64,000 nt of DNA from Tubiluchus corallicola (taxonomy: Eukaryota > Animalia > Priapulida). The translations under genes and the position numbers were made by a program. The stretch is from contig JAQGDQ010000789.1 in the NCBI GenBank assembly GCA_030141605.1, positions 31,481 to 95,480 of the forward strand. Direction: 5' to 3'. How positions within the stretch are numbered: position 1 is the first letter of the stretch; every line of letters starts with the position of its first letter. The notes below the pieces were generated by a model. The model was not told the DNA's origin. It ran no database searches and was given only the letters and a program-made list of their open reading frames with translations. Positions 51,346 through 64,000 of this stretch are shown in pieces.

Positions 51346-53240
51346 CTGTTACATGTTTACATTGTTTACCGTATCGATTTCGCTAAACAGCAAATATTTT
51401 GCGTGAATGATGCCTTTTATTCCACTTAGAAACTAATGTGATTTAGATTACAGCATGCGAGGTCACGATCTTGAAAATTACAATTATTTTACAGTGAAAT
51501 TTTACACGTGCAGTATTTATTAGGCGCTAGTTGCCCATCTCTTTCTAGACAACTGTATATAGTTATCCTGTACAATATGGTTTGATGTTTCTCACAATTT
51601 GATATAAAATACAGAACTTATATCGTATAAGGGATTTATGCGAGAAAATAAACAACAGCTAAGAATGGATGTTCAGAATAATTTGATTAGTTTGTAAAAA
51701 ACATTATCGATAAGAACAGGACCCTTGCGCACAATGACAAACCGACAGTTTACAGGCGTTATCAAATTTATTGCTTTACAAGTACTAAGTTGCTTTTTAT
51801 AATTATGCAAATTTGTAATTAGAGGCTGGATACAATGCCATATAGCCGAGAATTTTCAAGCAATTTATATATAAATTTAACAGGTTAAATTTCAATCATT
51901 TTAACACTTATCCACTAATTTTTGCCAAGAAAGTAGAAAAAATAAATATTTTATGTTTGATATTGCCAGGATCCATAAAAATAAAAAAGCTTTATGATAG
52001 TATGATGGTATTGTCTTTATGGGCGCTTTAATTTTATTTCATTTATTTAATAATTTATTTTATTTTATTTTTCCACATTTTTAAATTTTAATATACACCT
52101 ATGCTTTTTACAAAAGAAGACAATTCGATGTTTATAGAAACACCGTGATAAAGGATGGGGTGCAAAAACGCAATAAGGAATTTAGATCGCCTTAAAGCAA
52201 GTTATCATTGGAAAATGGGAAGAATCATCCCAAAAACAAATAAATAAACTATTTGCTATTGATTAATTCAGGCTCCACCTTATATATTATATGTATTATT
52301 ATGTATATATATATATACATATTAATACATATGTATATATTATACCACCATATTATATGTATATGTATATAGATATCTATTTTCATACGTGTTCATGTTA
52401 ACTTCATCCCATTGCAAAGAGAAATACATTTTTAACGAATCTTTTGAAAGGGCTCTTTTTTGCGTCCATCCGAATATTTTTACTTAAAGTAAAACTGAAA
52501 CAATCATACAATTTTTCTTTTAATATTAGTCTCCTAATTTTAAGGAAATTGCTAAAAGCTACATAAATGTTTACTGCCAGAAAGTAAGCATATTTCTGTG
52601 CCTATTCCCGTTAAAATATCACTGATCATGATATATTTTCAGAGTTCAGTAAATCCTTATATTCGTTGGCAAGTAAAACTTTACGCCTAGAGACGTGATT
52701 AAAAAAAAACAATTCAGGTTTGTAATTTTACAACGTTTGGTTAGTTAAATGCTAAAAAATTAATCAATCAGGATTTCCTGAGCAGAAATCAATATGAATA
52801 GCCAAAGTTCTCAGAAAAATCATACAGCGTTAAAGCCCACTAGAGTTCAAATCAAAGATACTAGGTCATGACATTTTTAAATACTGTCTACAACACGTTC
52901 TGGGCGTGGGCCAATCACCAGTTGGCCATCAGGAGTTAATCTAAAGCAATTTTGGCCCGGGAAACTTCCTGTAAATCGGCATCGGCTCGACTTGTGGGAT
53001 AGCGGTTCGAAAGGCTGGCAATTCAGGTCGATTAGCTCGAGACCTAGCTACTTAAGTACAATGCCCAAATGTTGCAAACCTGCACAGTGAGCCGATATTT
53101 AAACTTTTAAACAATAAATTATTGGAATTGGCTCTGTTGGTGTTAATATAGCTATCTCGTTATAACAAAATATTGCTTCGTTATATCGAAATACAACCTC
53201 TTTAATATCTCTTTATAACAAGAATACTATTATTTATAAC

Positions 53241-53241
53241 G

Positions 53242-53327
<86 letters not shown>
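53241..53327. repeat. (AAT)n microsatellite
   Basis: Direct reading. Confidence 0.95.
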
Positions 53328-56300
53328 TTTTATTTATTTTATTTTATTTCGCAACCAAAACACACTTGACGTGAACTCTCCGCGTTTGTTTGTGTTATAC
53401 GGCAGCAAGCAACCGTTCAAATGAGAAGATGATCTGATTGGCCATCACGAGATGGACCCCTTCTGGTTTATTGACGTTTACCGACCTGTGTATTTTACAC
53501 TGCTCAAAATCCTGCTGACTAATATTCATTGTCAAAAGAGGCAGATTCATCCAAATCTATTTTACCATTTTTGTGACAGGGCTTAGGCCTACGTTTATCG
53601 TTGTCGATTTCCTTTTTCAATTCCAATTTAAAAGGAACCCACATTTTTGCAATTGTGCAAATATTCTAATATTTGATATAATACAGAATAGTCCAGTAAG
53701 TTCAACTTGTACCTAAATACTATACAAAAATGCGACCTAAGCATTTCGCGAACAAAGCCAAAATTTTTAAACGTTCACTTGTCATGTTCATATAAGCGAT
53801 TTCCGAACGCACGTCAACCGTTCAAGCCCAATAACCATCACAAGTTTACGTTAACTATGAACAGACTAATTTCTCTGCATATATGTAAACAGATTTTCAG
53901 TTCATATTGAACGCTACCCTTATCATTAACTATACTGCGACTATTTTTCAAGATATTTGCATCAATATTATCGCAAGAGATTGTTTTTACATTTTAATTT
54001 TGCGAAATTATTACGTCTGTACAACTACACCGTCTTTTGCACTATAGTGACTAAGAAATTTCAAGCTAAGAAATTTGCGCAGAATCGTTACTGGCCAATA
54101 ATGTGCGATAATAATAACACAATAGTGTGAACTAAGCCTTTCATTCGAATAACAATTTTTCTTCTATACTTTCCATATTTCATCATCTGAGCCAGGTGAA
54201 AATGTAAAGCACGATAAAGTAAAAACCTCGATGTTCAGAGCCATCTGTGCCCAGATTTTCGTATTAATGATATAGTATCAAGCTTTAGCGGTTGTGCTCG
54301 TACCTGTATTTCTTCACGTGATTTTTGTACGGCTGTAGAAACCAGTACTTATCCTGTTCATCGGAATCACTGGTGTCCATGTAATTCACATGTTTATTCC
54401 TTCCAGGATAACACTGAACTCAGCTGGGTGAATTCATACTATCACGTATTAGCGTAATACCGGAAATGCGGCCGGATACAGTTGTAAAACGTTAGTTTTT
54501 GAAGTTCTGGGTTTACATTTATTAGCGGCCTCTGTACCCCGCCCTCACTTCGCCAAATTTATAGCCGGGTGGAACGCCCTATAGCCTCTTGGCTGAACTC
54601 AAAAGTATTCATATTCAAAGTTTCGCAACGCTGGCCCTGTCAAGTATTTAGATGGGTTTACCAAACTTGAGTTGTGGTTGGCCAATTTTCACATAAAAAT
54701 ATTTATTTCGCTTTAGATGAATAACTAAAGAATCGAACATGACAAATTAGCTTATTATTATTACTAGGACAGCCTCTGTTAACCTACTAGGATAGTCAAC
54801 TAGGATAGCTTGTGAGTTTTTGATTAAACCAAAATAATCCGAATAATTCAAGAATCAAAACTTAATAAGATTTTCGAGGTTTGTTGACTTAGTTATTGAG
54901 GTTACGCTAACTGGACTAGGATGTCCTTTCCCTGCCGGAAATCAGATAAGAATTTACTGGACTATTACATTTGTGATGAAACAGAAGTCAACGCCAAAGG
55001 AAATGGTGAATATGGAGGTCAACTAAGAGACAGATTTCGCCTACATGCCGTGAATTTCTTTTATAGAATTAAGAACAACTTGAAAATGCTGAAGAAATAC
55101 TTATTCAGAAGATATTTGAAATGTTGGTTTGACGGAGTTCTCCTTTCAGTCTTTGAACATTCTGAGCTGTTTGTTTCACGGTTCAGAGTTCGTTTCAAAA
55201 TCGAGAAAACTTCAAAACTTGGCACATTGCCAGCTCTCACCACTTGCATGCACAAGTTAGAAACTAGTGCATGTATTCATAGATAAAATATATCGACGTA
55301 ACCATTTAGTAAAATTTGTAAGAACATTGGTATTAGAAACAAAGAAATCTAGACTTTGTGTTAATTTTACATAAATATCAGATAGAGACGACAAAAACAG
55401 CAAAAATAATGAAACTGACGCTGCTGGTCGAGAAACGCACACTGCTTCCATTAAAATTAAACAGCAGCTTACACCAGGCGGAGTAAAAAATGTGCCGAAC
55501 TTTTGATCATGATATTATACGAACAAAATAACAGAAACCCTTGAAAATTACCAAACTGACGTTATAGGCGATTATGTGCAAACTTTAGGTCACTTCCACA
55601 GATTTTTCCAAAGATACAGACGTTTTAAAGCAACAAACTAAAAATAAATGTCGAACAAAATTTGTCTATCACTGTTGTTATAACATGCAGTAAGTGTCCT
55701 ATGTGTCTACCACTTTCATTGCAAATTAGACGAAAGTGTTTCTTCCAACAGCTGACACAGTTTCTCACTTCCTTAAAAATTAATGAAACGGTATTTGGTC
55801 CCGGGACGCAACAATTTTGGCCTTTATTTCCTCTGTGTCAAACGGCTCTGTGTGGCCTCCTACACTTTCTCTCTAAGTTTAAGGGAATTCCCAGATGCCG
55901 ACCCAGACGATTAAAAAAAATCACATTTTTACTGGGAGTTTTTTATTAGTGCTTTATCTTTTGTGGTGAAAACCGTGATGTAACTGGCTGATTTGATTTA
56001 TTTATTTTTTTGATCCATGTATTAAATGTTTTATACCTCAACGTAGCGGTTTTTTTAAACTTTTTCAATTGTTGATTAACTGACATTGTCCCAGCATTTT
56101 AATACGCAAAAGCTTTTTAGCCATAATTTAAAAACTACTGAAAATATAAACTTGTATCTTTAACAGCGAGAAATCAATGCATTGCAATATCATGCCGTGA
56201 AACTACAACAATGTAGGCCACTTGTTTTTACTATTATTGTAGTCTATAATTCAGCCCATTTTTCTGCGTCGAACGATTATACCGTGTATTCTCACTAGTG

Positions 56301-58962
56301 TAAAAATGACAGGCAACACACTAGACAGGTCAATTGAAAAAAATCGATTCGATATATGTATATAAATGTCACAAAATGTCACATTTTAAACTTGCAACAC
56401 ACCAATACCACACTTTCCTCAAAATTATGCGGTAGCTTTTGTTTATTGAAACTAATCGGCAGCTAAATTTCACACAAATAATAACAACTACTCATATGCC
56501 AACACCGACACTGCGGTAAAAAAGCAGTTTGCTAAAAATTCTCACTGAAAACTTTTGTGATCGGTGAGTTGCCGCTCAACGTCAGAGATATAGAACCTCA
56601 AATTTGATCCGCCGGGGTAGTTTCGGTTTCGAAAAAGGAACCGGAGTGGGGGATTTACGGGATAATAGAGGCAATTTTTCAGGATTAAGAAGGTATGCAA
56701 AGTCGATACAATGTGGCCCGGTACCAGATGCAAAGCTTGGCCATTTGCTGTATGCTTAGGATCTGTCGTATAGCAAATTCCTTCCATGAACTTGAGAAAG
56801 ATAATAAGTGAACAGAACATTAATGAATGCAAAATTTTCATACATACTGTAAAGGAAATTATCATGAAAAACTATTAGAATACCCAAAAAATAATGTTGT
56901 AAATAATCGTACAGTAATTTTTGTCTATAACTGTACAGTAACATTAAATTTAATGTAAGTTAAAATCAAGCAAAAATAAAGCAAATTGTGCGAATTTCAT
57001 TACCTTTGGCCAGCCGCCTATTTAAAAGTTTAATGAAATAAACATTGTTTTAACGTGTTTTTATCATAAGCGTCCCTGCAAATAGAAGGATTGTATCGTT
57101 GATGTATTGATGCCAATGATGAGAAGACACCAATGATATAAATGATACAATATCAGGTGATTACGGGTAAAACAGGTAAACTTCCATGATTCTTAAAACC
57201 CCGTTTGCGCAATGAAGTTACGCAAGTTTTTTACCCAATAATTGTCCGAACTGAGAAATAGTACGTCCAAGGCTCGCTTCAGTGATTCTGGGGCGCGTTT
57301 ACGATAAGTTAATGTTTTTTTATTGACAATGTGTTACCATGTACATAACAGTGGCCATTTTTCAGTCAGTTTCAGCAAGAAGTGTCATACATAAATACAC
57401 TGCGAAAACATTCCTTGCAAAACAATGAAAACAAACCACACTTTTTGTGAATTAGATGTAAATAATTGTTTGTAAATATTGTTTTTGCTGGAATTATAAC
57501 CAGTAAGAGAGCGTGCAGTAGAGCTGTGTCCCTCTGCTAATGACCCTCTAATTTTTCCTGCTCAGATGTGCTCTAGCCTACTCTGCTTTGCCATCCTCTG
57601 TCTTGCCCTGCTTTGCCTCTTCATGTTCAACGTCACCTCCCAAATTGCCTAGCACTCTTTTCAATATCTCTTCTCTGTTTCGCTCCATTTCATTTTATAT
57701 TCTCTTTATATCGCCATTGCATGAAGTCTAAACCCATCTATATCCGCATTACCTCATTACGTCATTATAATCCACATCATTCTATGTTCTACCTTCTTAT
57801 TCTTTTAAAAATATTTTATATTTTGTAATTTTATGCTGTACTGTAATTCAACCTTTTGATTGTAATGATGATAAATGAGCTTATATTGAAATTCTTGCTT
57901 AAAAAATTTAATATAAAAAAATCATTACACTCTTCTTTTTTTAAACTTGGTTTTGTGCCTTCCTTTAGCAAGCAAATGTGACTATCTGACATTAAAACGT
58001 GATCAGAAATGTGAAGCAAAGATTTTAAAATATTATAATTGTTAATTAATTAACAAATTAGCAAACCTCATGTGTTCTCAGTAGTCAGAATCCACAACTA
58101 ACTCAAGTAGCTAAGTGTTTCTTGAGGAAAACAACAACGCCTGTTTGTTTACGCTCATATTTGTTTATTTTGATCTTGACTCAGACGCATATTACATGAT
58201 TAGCACTTAGTAAGCCGATATTAAATGTCACAAAAAAACTTCATAAAATAACAAGTGCACCTCAGGCTGAATCTGAAAGCTCAGACTGCATCTTGTTAAC
58301 GATTAAGCTGCCCATTAAACTCCCCAGCAGCGTAGCACAGCACCACAACGTACAATGAGAAAAATAAAGTAAGAAGGTACACAAAAGAGTCCTTAGGCGC
58401 TTCCAGAAAATTAAGTTCATATTCAAGACTCCTATTCTGAAACTTAGAAAATCACACGGGTTTCTTAAGCAAGGCAAGACATCCAGCCGATTCATAAGAT
58501 AGCAGCTTTTGGTATCATCTAAATTATGCGCTACTTTAGCAGCACTTGCATATTAATGGAAATGCAACTTACAAACTTCCTCTTGCAACCCTTCTTTTGT
58601 CTGGTCATTGTAATTTCTCATTTTGAAGGACTCAAAGTTCTCAAACTGTTTCGTGAGTCACACATAGTTAATGATACATTTTACATTATCCCTTACAGTC
58701 CAGAACAACGTGCACGCTTACAATAACATCTATGAATTTAAACTGAATATTTATGTTAGGGTTAATAAACACGTTTGTTTTGTGGTCTTATGTTTGATTC
58801 TTATTATGAGATACAAAAAGTAAGGCTAAGGGTAAAGATTTATGTGAACTAGACAAGTTAGTACGTCAGTTAGTCAGACAAAAATCATTGAAGCAGGAAA
58901 TACTGTATTTGGTTAGCCAGTTATAAGAATGAACTTTTGGAGTGTCTTGATCACTAGGAAAT

Positions 58963-59109
58963 GCGGTGGCTTAGTGGTCTAAGACCTTTATAATGTAAAC
59001 AGAAGGTCACTTGTTCAAATCCAACCTGTATTTCATATTTCCTGTCTTTCAAGTTTGGTAATAAAATTTAATTAACTGGAGGTTAGTAACATCATTAATA
59101 ATAATAATG

Positions 59110-59141
<32 letters not shown>

Positions 59142-59330
59142 GATAATGATAATGATATGATATGATAATGATATGATATGATATGATATGATATGATATG
59201 ATATGATATGATAATGATAATGATAATGATAATGATAATGATAATGATAATGATAATGATAATGATAATGATAATGATAATGATAATGATAATGATAATG
59301 ATAATGACTAAGATTATAATAATTAATTTA
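58963..59330 (+). mobile_element. tRNA-derived repeat family copy with an internal (GATAAT)n/(GATAT)n expansion (~59095-59306)
   Basis: Box A GGTGGCTTAGTGGTCTAA, box B GTTCAAATCC, tail TTTGGTAATAAAATTTAATTAACTGGAGGTTAGTAACATCATTAATA. After the microsatellite the family sequence resumes (AAGATTATAATAATTAAT). Confidence 0.7.
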
Positions 59331-59781
59331 CAACATCATTTTGCCTGAATTGTATTCTATGTAAACGCTTTTCGTCTCACTTTTCACGAATCTGCGTCGA
59401 GCAGGCCAATAAATTAAAACAGTAAAATGCGCAAAGAGGAGCTTAAGAGTTCCTTTAACCATAATACCTGCCTAATAAGGCAGACAAAAAATGTATCACC
59501 GCGGAACTTCTTAAATCACGCAAGTGTTTGTGCGCGCATTTTCTTGACACAAAATTTATTTTTACCACCAACGAAGTTGCATAACATGGTAATTTTAAAC
59601 TGTCTACCTCACACTTTGAAAACAGCCAAAATGGTTTTAAATTTTGCTTTCGCTAGGGTTAAAAGCAGACTAGAATGTCATTTTTTTAATTCCAGAAATT
59701 TTAGGAAAATGTTCTGAGTCTCGATATTTTCGCCTTTCATGAATCACTTCTTTCTCCATGAGCTTCCAATTTCATGACGTA

Positions 59782-60783
59782 CCGTAAAACGGGGTGAGTT
59801 CGCCACTTTTTAGGGGTATTTTTTACGTTTCCTGCCATAGCAAGAGAATTACCCAACCGATTTTCTTAGTTCAAGCTTTATATTGCCTTTCGTATGAAAC
59901 ACTATCGTGGGGTGAATTCGCCACTAACAATTTAACACTGTGTAATGCCATTCTAGGCAGCTGAAGTTAACTGGTTGTGATTGGCTGGTTGGGGGTGAGT
60001 TCGCCACCCTATGAAAAAATTATGAAAAATGTCTAGTTTTAGCCGAATTATTGAAAATGTTCGATGGTGGGACGTTTTCAATAAGGGGCCCTACGTTGGC
60101 AAGGAAGGCTTGAACGTCTTGTGCACTGATCTTCGCGCGGGCGTCCTTGACGTTGCCAGCCACTCTGAAAACCAGATTGTTCCTTCGTGCGAATGATTTG
60201 ACAAAGTCTATTCCAGGGGTGTTTGCCTTGAATCGTCGTTCCTGGATTCCCTTCACGTCGAGAACACTCTTAATCAGTAGTCGGAGATCGATGGCAGTCA
60301 TTGGGAACCCCCACTCAGCGGCCACTTGGAGTGTTGGCGATTTCGTGCTCCTCGGCGGCGGAGAACACTGGCTGACCTCCGGTCTTCCGCGGATGACTTC
60401 GTGAGAGTTTGTCAGAAAGGGACTTTCTTGGAACTCCGAATTGCCTCGCCGCTGCGCTGACTGTCCTGTTGGTATTCTTGACGGCATGTAGGGCAGCTTC
60501 CAGAGCTTCTGGGGTATAATTTTGGTATCTATGACCCGGTACAGGGGTGCAGGTGCGTGGCATGTTAAGTAGCAAGAAATAGTAGACAAATAATATGTAG
60601 TGCAGAATGGAATACTTCTAGTGCGAATTGAAAGAAGATAACTGTCGCAAACTGTTTATAATGACGGTGATCATGATATCTGTTCATTAAACACTGAACA
60701 ATAGTTACAGCAAACACTACAATGGCCATTACGTAGGGGGTGGCGAACTCACCCTCGGGTGGCGAACTCACCCCGTTTTACGG
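59782..60783 (-). mobile_element. Internally deleted pogo/Tigger-like (Tc1/mariner superfamily) DNA transposon, 1002 bp
   Basis: Perfect TIRs CCGTAAAACGGGGTGAGTTCGCCA / TGGCGAACTCACCCCGTTTTACGG flanked by TA on both sides (59780-59781, 60784-60785). Subterminal GGGGTGA.TTCGCCAC repeats at ~59909, ~59992 and ~60737. Confidence 0.93.
60040..60563 (-). pseudogene. Frameshifted, truncated pogo-like transposase (pipsqueak-type HTH + CENP-B-type HTH; no DDE domain)
   Basis: MPRTCTPVPGHRYQNYTPEALEAALHAVK...SAAARQFGVPRKSLSDKL...PVFSAAEEHEIANT, frameshift near 60328, then LQVAAEWGFPM...PGIDFVKSFARRN...ARAK...PPSNIFN, ending where the catalytic DET motif would begin. Confidence 0.85.
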
Positions 60784-60993
60784 TATCGTCCGATGACCTT
60801 CATTTTTCTGCAGGTTCTTCTATTAAAATTAACTAATTGTTCCTCTTTGGTTTGTTTCTACCTGCAGATCTGGTTTCTCCTAATCTCTCTAAAGCCCTCG
60901 CCATCAGTATTCTGGCAAAGTTTGCCCTAAGTCGTATGCTGGACAGCGGAAGTGTAGCCATTACTTGTGCAATGTTCAGTGTTTAGTTTGTTA

Positions 60994-62234
60994 TTGTATA
61001 ACCGGTGTTATTCCTGTGGTCATCATGTATAGGCGTACCGGAGAAAATTTCGCAAGTGCGCTGAAGAAATTTACCCTAAAACTTTTCAAAGTTGCCCTGG
61101 CCTGATTTTGAAACAACTGTAACAACTAACAACGGACCATATAACAACAAAAATATCATATATAAAACAATATACATGTAATAGGAAATTATATAAATAA
61201 AATTTACCAAAAATTATTGGTAAAAAATGCAAGTACATTTTCTAACGTTTTAATAATTCGAAGAGAGTGGAGTTTCTTCTTTGCAAACATGTCTGTATAG
61301 ACTTATAAAACTTTTTTACATTCATTGATGAATACGTGCTAAAATTGTAAAGGAGCCTATGCGGTTTTACTGAACCAAATTTCATAGCAGCAATTATTAT
61401 TAACCGAAAAAAAAACTTAGAAAACAAATAAACAGAATTATTTGTCACGAAAATAACCAACTTTTGTCCTGAGAGGGCAGTCGCTTCTTCAGACTCCCGC
61501 TAGTCCCGCTCACCCATGTCATCGCCTTGTGTGTAAAAGCTGCTTAGTTAGTTTAATTCCGTGTTACGCAATTCTTAATAAAGAGTTGTTGTGCCTAAGC
61601 ACTCATTTCATTAGCTTTGCTGTTCACACGCCCCGATTATAGACCTCGTCGGCTCATCATATCTAATCCTGACTTTCTTTCTCATGAATTGTGTCCCTTG
61701 TACCCTCTAGGTCGCCAAGGGCCTCTAGGTCGCCAAGGGCCTCATTTCGCGACAATATGTATAGGCCTCTGAAATTCCCGAATTTAATATTTGTAAACAG
61801 TTACGTTTTACTTCCCTTGTGTTTTTAAATGTATCATGGCTTTATAAGAAAATTTGTAATTCCTTATGGCAGGCCAAACCTCCAATAATTTGAGAAATGC
61901 ATGTTTTTCAGAGCAAACGCTCTTTCCGCTCCAAAAAACTTCAGTTTAATCAGAAACCATGAATTTTGCTATTAAAGCATTGTTTCGCTCAGAAATCCTG
62001 ACATCAGAAGCCAAAAAATAAGGCCAATAATTAAGCAAAAAACTGGTTTATAAACAGTTTTCTGCATAAGAACAGTACAGATGGGGGAGGGGGAGAAGTG
62101 ATGGTTAAAAGAGATCTCAGAAAGGAAGGGTGGCTCCGGAAGATTCCGCTCAGCGAGTTCAAAAAACACCCAGTATTGTACTCAAAAACACAGCTGTGTC
62201 ACACAGGTAAAATGAGTTGGACCTAGTTTGTATA
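60994..62234. mobile_element. ~1.24-kb non-coding repeat, copy 1, bounded by TTGTATA direct repeats
   Basis: 60994-61216 and ~61911-62234 are each highly similar to the reverse complement of parts of 63462-64000. TTGTATA occurs at 60994-61000 and 62228-62234. Confidence 0.8.
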
Positions 62235-63461
62235 TAGGCAGCAAGAAAGAAAGTATTATTGCCTGACAGAATATTTAAATAATAAATATCATATTGACAT
62301 TTACTACGACAGGTAAACGAGCTCCATAATTTGGTTGCACTACAGCTGATGAAATGTTTTCCATTATTGATTTGGTTCCACAATGACTATTGACTAAGCT
62401 GGTAATTATAATATCCTGTATCGTATAATTTAACATTTTCAATGAACAATCGACAATTCATCAAATTAATGTAAAGACGACAGGTGACTTATGCACGTTA
62501 CTGATGTTTCTGTAACCTCGTACCTATAAGTCCTATATAGTAACCAAGTTAAAAAACCTCAAGTGCAACTTGAACGCAGAACCGCTGTAGTTTGGAGTGT
62601 TTCGACTTTAACCTAATGTTACTAAGCCCCATATACCGACGAATTTTTAGACTTCGTAAAAAGGTATCTCAAACCATTAGTAGAAAATCGGCTAGTATTA
62701 ATCTTTCAATTGTTACGCATGCCTTCTTAAGTAAAGTTAATCAAGAATGCCATACTCACCTGTTAATTTTCTATTAGATCGATCAAACTGCACCTTCCCT
62801 GTTTGCGATTAATGCTTTTTATGGGTGAGCTGCGACGCAGTTAAACCATTTTCAATGCACCTTTCCGTAATTATTTTTAATATTTTAGTGTTTAACGGGG
62901 AAACAGAAAGCCCACAACCTACTGCTCTGCACTTCGATGTTAAATTCTGGTTGTTTCCAATATTACTATTTGAAATCCCCTTCGGAACGTCGTCAAAACG
63001 ATTAACTCGTTTTAGTACCCGGAATTTGACTTTAGTTAAAAGTACAACGCACTTGACACTTCAAGTTACAATAAACATCATGCATCGAAGAATATATTTT
63101 AGGCGGAGTGACACTGTTATTTCCTCTTCCTGTTCTAATTTCACATTGAGTAATTCCGCACGATAAAACCACCGATACCACACCAACTCGCAATTCCTCT
63201 ATAGTCTCTCAGAACCACGACGAAATTCCCTCCCCTTAGAGGTTTCTTGTAAGAGGATACGCGATTCATAGAACAGTATTGTAAACGAATCTGCTTGCCT
63301 GGTCTAGCAAGGTGGTACCAAAGTTTCAGAGAGTTTATACGCATATCGTTACATTTTGAACAGCTGAGAAGCTTGAAGCCACATGCGAATTGTTATGGCC
63401 TTAAAGAACTTCTTCCTTCTCTTCCTTTTGTGTACAATGTATTGCATGTACTTGAAGACAT

Positions 63462-64000
63462 TAATTTTTGGTAAATTTTATTTTATATAATTTCCTATTA
63501 CATGTATATTGTTTTATATATGATATTTTTGTTGTTATATGGTCCGTTGTTAGTTGTTACAGTTGTTTCAAAAATCAGGCCAGGGCAACTTTGAAAAGTT
63601 TTAAATCAAATTTCTTCAGCGCACTTGCGAAATTTTCTCAGTACGCCTATACATGATGACCACAGGAATAACACCGGTTATACAAACTAGGTCCAACTCA
63701 TTTTACCTGTGTGACACAGCTGTGTTTTTGGAAGTACAATACTGGGTGTTTTGAACTCGCTGAGCGAGATCTTCCGGAGCCACCCTTCCTTTCTGAATCT
63801 TTTAACCATCTTCTCCCCCTCCCCCATCTGCATTGTTCTTATGCAGAACACTGTTTACAAACCGGTTTTGTGCTTAATTATTGGCCTTATTTTTGGCTTC
63901 TAATGTCAGGATTTCTGAGCGAAACAATGCTTTAATAGCAAAATTCACGGTTTCTGATTAAACTGAAGTTTTTTGGAGCGGACAGAACGTTTGCTCTCAA
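63462..64000. mobile_element. Inverted, circularly permuted copy 2 of the 60994-62234 repeat (runs off the window end)
   Basis: 63462-63685 is the reverse complement of 60994-61216, and 63679-63997 is the reverse complement of ~61911-62234. The two parts join through a single TATACAA at 63679-63685. Confidence 0.85.

Noticed and set aside
52890-53050. GC-box/CCAAT/NF-kB-like cluster as the promoter of paralog B
   Set aside because: Short motifs are expected by chance, and I could not link them to a TSS or first-exon donor.
54921-58726. Assorted 60-120-aa ORFs upstream of paralog B
   Set aside because: No recognisable domains or coherent exon chain. The region probably contains unclassified repeat relics (for example a Tc1-like end near 55470) whose paired ends I could not find.
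61972-62169. Duplicated small ORF (also 63711-63935) as a gene pair
   Set aside because: No proper ATG start, indels between the copies, and no recognisable domain; it is a by-product of the repeat.

Overview
AT-rich, intron-rich animal (probably invertebrate) genomic DNA. I could reconstruct three spliced protein-coding genes by hand. (1) A class I histone deacetylase HDAC1/2 (Rpd3) on the + strand, 12 exons, about 518 aa. (2, 3) A tandem pair of SLC6/NSS transporters on the - strand, with 15 coding exons each and almost identical exon lengths. The upstream copy ('B', 34882-47672) is a canonical monoamine transporter of the NET/DAT/octopamine-transporter type (TM1 [10 protein letters not shown]8 GLDSAMGG). 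The downstream copy ('A', 13283-29469) is intact but has lost the amine-binding TM1 Asp (GYAVGLGN, the glycine/GABA/LeuT-type motif) and the TM8 Na2-site Asp (GLGSS). It is a candidate monoamine transporter re-tooled for an amino-acid/carboxylate substrate. The rest of the window holds LINE relics, MITEs, a tRNA-derived repeat family that occurs as head-to-head palindromes, a deleted pogo/Tigger-like transposon, and mini/microsatellites. At the right end, a ~1.24-kb element is present twice in inverted and circularly permuted form, which suggests a circular DNA intermediate. Most ORFs in the supplied track are spurious or are exon fragments. All coordinates were read manually; no database searches were run.
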